From the human T2T-CHM13v2.0 reference genome, Homo sapiens, in the NCBI RefSeq assembly GCF_009914755.1, contig NC_060938.1: DNA of 64,000 bases; one strand, given 5' to 3'. This document shows positions 58,482-64,000 of this stretch, piece after piece. Position numbers and translations under genes: made by a program. Positions within the stretch are counted from its first letter, which is position 1; every line of letters starts with the position of its first letter. The notes beneath the pieces were generated by a model, which did not search any database, had not been told where the DNA came from, and was given only the letters and a program-made list of their open reading frames with translations.

Positions 58482-58649
58482 ATGGCGGGTGCCCCTCCCC
58501 CAGCCTCGCTGCTGCCTTGCAGTTTGATCTCAGACTGCTGTGCTAGAAATCAGCGAGACTCCGTGGGCGTAGGACCCTCTGAGCCAGGTGCGGGATATAA
58601 TCTCCCGGTGCGCCGTTTTTTAAGCCCGTCAGAAAAAGCGCATTATTAG
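58482..58649 (+). pseudogene. L1 ORF0 (antisense ORF), frameshifted near its end
   Basis: MAGAPPPASLLPCSLISDCCARNQRDSVGVGPSEPG... is the ORF0 N-terminus; donor CAG|GTGCGG at 58588; an extra A leads to a stop at 58647-58649. Confidence 0.8.
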
Positions 58650-58954
58650 GGTGGGAGTGACCTGATTTTCCAGGTGCCATCTGTCACTCCTTTCTTTGAC
58701 TAGGAAAGGGAACTCCCTGACCCCTCACGATTCCCGAGGGAGGCAATGCCTCGCCCTGCTTTGGCTCGCGCACGGTGCGCTGCACCCACTGTCCTGCGCC
58801 CACTGTCTGGCACTCCCTAGTGAGATGAACCCGGTGCCTCAGATGGAAATGCAGAAATCACCCATCTTCTGCATCACTCACGCTGGGAGCTGTAGACCGG
58901 AGCTGTTCCTATTTGGCCATCTTGGCTGCTACCCAAATTGCACATTTTAAAGTA

Positions 58955-59312
58955 CAGTGGTCCCTCTTATTCGAGGCGGATGTGTTCCAAGCCCCACAGT
59001 GGGTGCCTAAAACCTCAGATAGCACCACACCTCATGTATACCATGTCTTTGATCTGATAACCTGGATGATTACTAAGTGACTAATGAGCAGGTAGCATAT
59101 ACAGCATAGAGATGCTGGGCAGAGGGATGATTCACGCCCCAGGTGGGACACAGCAGGATGGTGCAAGACTTCACCACACAACTCAGAATGGCGTGCAATT
59201 TAAAACTTATGAATTTTTTATGTCTGGAGCTTTGCATTTATATTTTCAGACCATGGTTAACCACAGGTAACTGAAACTGAAGATGCAAAACCATGCATAA
59301 AGGGGACTACTG
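58955..59312 (-). mobile_element. MER44-like TcMar-Tigger element
   Basis: TIRs cagtggtccctctta / taaaggggactactg with TA flanks; internal gggatgattcacgcccc...ctcagaatggcgtgcaatttaaaacttatgaatt. Confidence 0.8.
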
Positions 59313-59725
59313 TATACAATTTTATGAGTTTTGACAATCTGACAAATATATACACCCATGAAACAATCACTGCAATTAAGATAGTGAACATACTTATCAC
59401 CCAAAAGGTTCTTCATGACACGTTGTAATTCTTCCCTCCTACCCCTCCCTGGCCTCTACTCCATCCCTAAGCAATCCTTGATCTGCTTTATGACACTATT
59501 AGGTTAGTTTGCATTTCCTAGGATTTTATATAAATTTAATAAAACAATATGTATTTTTTTCGGTCTGTCTTCTTACATTCAGTGTACTTATTTTGGGATA
59601 TGTTATGTTGTTTCATGTATCAATTATTAATTCCCTTGTATTGCTGAGAAGTAGTCTATTGTATGGATATACCACAATTTGTTCTATCCATTCACCTGTT
59701 GATGGACATTTAAGCCATTTTCCCC
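59313..59725 (-). mobile_element. Old L1M 3' UTR (host element; its terminal piece lies at ~55285-55333)
   Basis: cagctttattgaggtata...aaattgcacatttt | tatacaattttatgagttttgaca...ccattcacctgttgatggacatt. Confidence 0.8.
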
Positions 59726-60300
59726 AACACCTTTTTTATTGCCTTAAGAAACAGAGTTACTAAAAGCTATATTTGAGTAGAAGCATAATAAATAGAAGCA
59801 TAGTGAATAACTGTCATAAATAGTTCTTGGGTAACTAGTTTTTTTTTTTTTCCCTTTAAGAGATTTTATAGTATCCTTAGAATTAAGAGTAAAGCAGCAG
59901 AGCAGGTCAGCAGTTTCCCCCTCTAGAGATTTTATTTCATATCCATTTGCTCCTGAAATGGTAACTCTGATTTCCCAAGTTGTTATGCATACCTAATTCA
60001 TCAAATGTAATCATTCACAAGGAGACAAACCAGCGCTTCTTTTATCTGCAGCCAATCAGTATATTCAGTAAGAATAAGTGAAGTCAAACCAATACCAGAC
60101 AGCTGTGCAAGATGTAGGAAAAACAATCAACCACAAGAGCCTGGCTTAAACTTAGGAAGTATAGTTGCATAGATAGCACCGTGTTATTCTGGACACACGT
60201 TAACCAACCACATAGAAATAGCCTTGGAGAAACAAGGTTCTTAATTCAATTTGATAAATGAGGACTGTGGGGGAAAATGGTGACTATGAACTATATATAC

Positions 60301-60326
60301 GTGTGTGTGTGTGTGTGTGTGTGTGT
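60301..60326. repeat. (GT)13 microsatellite
   Basis: Read directly. Confidence 0.95.
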
Positions 60327-60999
60327 ATGTACAACACAACTGTAAGTGTGAGTGGTTATTTAGGTGCTAGGAATACATGATGAATGAGCTTGGTTTCTTT
60401 CTTTAAGGGATTTTCAGTCTAAGAGAGGTAACGATAGATTATATGTAGTCATCTATAGACCCATAAATGACTAACAATTTTAATCAGTAAACTTCTTGTA
60501 GGATAAGCAAAGTATTCTTAGGAGTGCAGAGAAAAATTTTATTGGTTCTTTCTGGGAGTAGGGAACCTTCAAAGAGGTAATTTGATATAGACCTCAAAGG
60601 CCATATGTAATTTTGTTAGGGAAGGGAGGATGGGAGATGGGAGGAAAATTTATAAGCTTGGTGAGAGAGGTATGGTGAGCCATGTGGTGTAGCTGAGACT
60701 AGATTGGAGTCTCACAGGTTGGGGCTGGGTGGTAAAGGAGTTTGAATGTCTTTTTAATGGATTAAACTTTCCTCTGGGGGCAATGGGGACTCATTGAAGG
60801 TCCGGGTTTGTTTTAAAACAGGAGAACGACATGAAATCAACCATATATTTGATGGGGGTAGGGTCAGCCTTCATAGATTAACTGGATGAGGTTCGTGGCT
60901 TAGGTGAGAGAATAACTCTGTGCATGAAAGAAAATGGATTTGGGTATAGTATTTGAAGGATATGCTGGTACAGGCAAGCTTTTATCAGTTTTATGAATT

Positions 61000-62090
61000 G
61001 TGTTTAAATTAAAAAATTAAAGAAAGGGAGTAAAAGGTTAAAGTCAACAGTAAGTCCCCTTTTTACTCATGTTCCCATTGATTCTCCTCCCTCGAGGCAA
61101 CCAATGTTCCTTGTTTCATTATATCATTTCTGATTTATTTCAGGTATTTAGAAACAGGCTGGCCATGGTGGCTAATGCCTGTAATCCTAGCAGTTCGGGA
61201 GGTGGAGGCAGGGAGATCACTTGAGTCCAGGAGTTTGAGACCAACCTGGCCAATATGGTGAAACCTCGTCTCTACAAAAACACAAAAATTAGCTGGGTGT
61301 GGTGGCGCGTGTCTGTAGTCCCAGCTGCTCAGGAGGCTGAGGCATGAGAATTTCTTGAACCCGGAAGGCAGAGGTTGCAGAGGTTGAGCTGAGATTGCGT
61401 CACTGCACTCCAGCCTGGGCGACTGAGGGAGACTGTCTCAAAAAACACAAAGAAATATATCTATGTACTTAACTTTGTTCCTGTAGTTTCTATTAGTAAT
61501 AATTCGAAGTCAATAAATATAGAATGACTTCATCCTTTTGGATGGCTGCATAGTATTCTACTTACAAATATGCCATAATTTACATAACCAGTTCTTTGTG
61601 ATGGAAATTTAGGTTGTTTACAGTCTTTTTCTATTACAAATGATGCTTTAGTGAATATCCTTGGAAATTCATCATGTTGGGTACTATAAGTATATCCTTA
61701 GAACAAATACCTTTCATATGAAATTTCTAGGTCAAGCTTAAGCATATTTAAATTTGTAACGTATTACCAAACTGTCCTTGATAGAGATTTTACCAGTTTA
61801 TACTCAACAATGCATGAGAGTGCCTATTTCTGCATATTCTTGCTATCAGAGTATGTTATTACATTTGTTGAACTTTGTCCCTCTGATAGTTACAGATGGC
61901 ATCTTACTGTAGTTTAGTTTGTATTTCTTGTCTTCTAAGTGGCATTGAATATCTCTCCATGTTTTTAGAGTCATCTGTATTTCCTTTTTGAGAACTATTT
62001 TTAAAATTCTTAGCCTGTTTTTCTGTTGGTCATTGTTTTTTTTTGCTTCAGGATTTATAGGGGCTTTCTATATATTAAGGAAATTGGTCT
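61000..62090 (-). mobile_element. L1ME-like 3' fragment
   Basis: ggctgcatagtattcta...ttaggttgtttacagtctttttctattacaaa...caatgcatgagagtgcctattt. Confidence 0.7.
61157..61451 (+). mobile_element. Alu (J/S-like) within an L1ME fragment
   Basis: Full Alu. Confidence 0.92.
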
Positions 62091-62839
62091 CTTCTCTGTG
62101 AATAGGAAATTTTTAAAAAGTATTCTGGGGTTCTGTTCTAAAAGCATACGGATATCTCAACAGTTTGAGGAATCAAAGGTTAGGCAGACATGGAGGGCCA
62201 GGCTAATAAGCATGTAACGGGTTTCTACTAGGGGGCAAAAGCACGTTTGGATTCCAGTTCTGGAAAGACCAGTGTGTTCTAGGGAGTTTGCTTACTTAGA
62301 CTAGGAAGGAACAAGCTTAAGATCAGGGTAGTTATAATCAAATGAGTGGGTTAAAGAATGTTGGAGTAATGAGAGAAATGGTGAATCAGGGCTAGGTGGG
62401 GGTAGTTAAGAATAGAGAAGAGGGAATAGATTCAAGAAAGAGGAACAGATTAGAGAGACATGCCAGCCGTTCTCTTTTTGAGGCTCACTCTTTTCTAGTC
62501 AGAAATCTCATGACCAACATGTTTTGTCTGTCCTAGTTTCCCCTAAGGCTATAGCACAGGACAGCCCACTGCTCTACAGCTGGGCAAGATTTGAGTGTAG
62601 TAAAGGATGCAGAAATTGCTGAGAGCTTCTCTATCTGTATATGGAGCAGGACCAAGACCCTAGGACCATTCCAGGGGTGTGTGAAACCAGGTAACGTGAT
62701 ATTATAAGTAGTATTTACATGGAAAAGAAGGGGCAAATGTCGTACAAGTACAGTGAGTATCAGGGGTACATGGTAAAGGTGGAGCAAGCTGTCTTTTATA
62801 CAACTTCTATAATTATGGAACTTTGCTTAAAGAAAAACA

Positions 62840-63220
62840 TTAAATTATACTTACTGGAAAAAAATCAAATTGTGTTAAACAGCATAAAATTAAAAGTAAA
62901 AAGTCTTACCCTCCCTTGGGTAACCAATGTAAATAGTTCTATACATTTTTGAACCTTTTTATGGAAAAATGCATACACTTTAAGGATTATTTAGTTCATA
63001 TTATACATGCTGTTCAACAACTGGCTTTTTCTATCTAAATATGTCACAGATATTCTTCTATCAGTATATGAAGATCTATTGCACATTTTAGCAGCTCCTT
63101 AATATTTTATTGTGTGGATATGCCACAGTTTATTTAATCATTTCCATGATGATGGGCATTCAAACTGCCTTCTTATTTATGCTTTTGCAAATAATACTCA
63201 ATGAACTTTATTGTAACACC
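62840..63220 (-). mobile_element. L1ME-like fragment
   Basis: attgtgtggatatgccacagtttatttaatcatttcc...gatgggcattca. Confidence 0.6.
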
Positions 63221-64000
63221 AATTGAGAGTTTCCTCCTTGTCCCATTTGTGTCTGCCTAGAGCAGCAATTCAGAGACTCTCTGTAATCAATCTGTCCACT
63301 TCAGGGACAGCTTTTTCTCTAAGTCCTGAAAAATGAGTGGCGTTTGTGTGTGTATGAGTTTTGAGGCCATGTTTATAGTAGTAGACTTTTAAAACACACC
63401 TTCCTGAACTTTGTTGTTCCTTTTAAGATTGATGCCTGCAATTTTAGGTGACTGCCACATGGTGGCACAGAAGCACCAAATTCCTACAGACAGTGCTTAC
63501 AGTCTTGGTATCCGTGAAGGGTTTGAAAATGTTTCCTTATTGTGTCATTATACTAAATACTTATAAAAACAGATTCAATTTAATTATGAAGTGTCTAAAA
63601 AAATTCTCAAAGATATATGCATGCATTTATCATCTGTATTTCTTTAGATCTTCATGTTATATCATATTTCTGATTAAACAGCTTTCGTTTGTCTCATAAG
63701 AAAAACCAATATACTTCTTACAGAGTTTTTAGCCATACAGGAAAATTTCCCCAAATACTTTCAGCTGTTTTTCTCTTGCTTGCCTTCCTGTCTCTACCTC
63801 TGCTCCGTTTTTCATTGCTTGAAGTTAAGAGATGACAGGGTTTTCTTTTTCCCACTTCCTGGTGCCCATCTCTCCCAGCATCTCCATAGGCAGCCAAGGC
63901 CCCAGCAAGTTAAGCTTCACAAGACCAGCAGCTGTCATTTGGCTGTGCTGCTCAGCTAATGGGAGCAGTGGATCAAACTTCAAAAGCATGAGCTATGAGA

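Larger units (their letters stand above)
55334..58934 (-). mobile_element. L1PA3-like element with intact 5' and 3' ends and an internal ~2.5 kb ORF2 deletion
   Basis: 5' UTR begins gggtagcagccaagatggcc (YY1 site) at 58934; ORF1, ORF2 EN, ORF2 C-terminus and 3' UTR (gctaaatgac, gtaactaacctgcacgttg) are present; TSD AAATTGCACATTTT at 55320-55333 and 58935-58948. Confidence 0.95.

Noticed and set aside
63762-63937. Two CAGCTG E-boxes, one overlapping TGACAG
   Set aside because: Too few motifs to separate from background, and the window ends here.

Overview
Primate (most likely human) genomic DNA from inside the AKAP6 (mAKAP) gene, which runs on the + strand. Three coding exons can be read directly: 10363-10614 (252 nt), 20039-21808 (1770 nt) and 51926-52048 (123 nt). 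All have AG/GT boundaries, all are phase 0-0, and they splice into one open frame (DICEDISDH...SEETKE | GRLDSLTEV...AIWEKIE | GFVNKLDEF...LYLETHL). The rest is intron filled with about 19 Alus, old L1M/L2/MIR fragments, hAT and Tigger DNA-transposon remnants, an MLT1 LTR and microsatellites. I see no new gene system. The most unusual items are: (i) an antisense L1PA3-like element with intact ends whose ORF2 has an in-frame ~2.5 kb deletion, leaving an open endonuclease + C-terminal-domain ORF with no RT, plus a 20-nt 3' transduction tag and an antisense promoter/ORF0 pointing the same way as AKAP6; (ii) a tailless tRNA-Val(CAC) 5'-half retrocopy that shares a triplicated target site with an Alu; (iii) a 103-bp templated copy 2.47 kb from its donor, with stuttered junctions; (iv) symmetric exons flanked by inverted Alus that would give stop-free circular ORFs; (v) candidate internal start signals for the short mAKAP-beta form. 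Repeat subfamily calls and the boundaries of old repeats were made by eye and are approximate.
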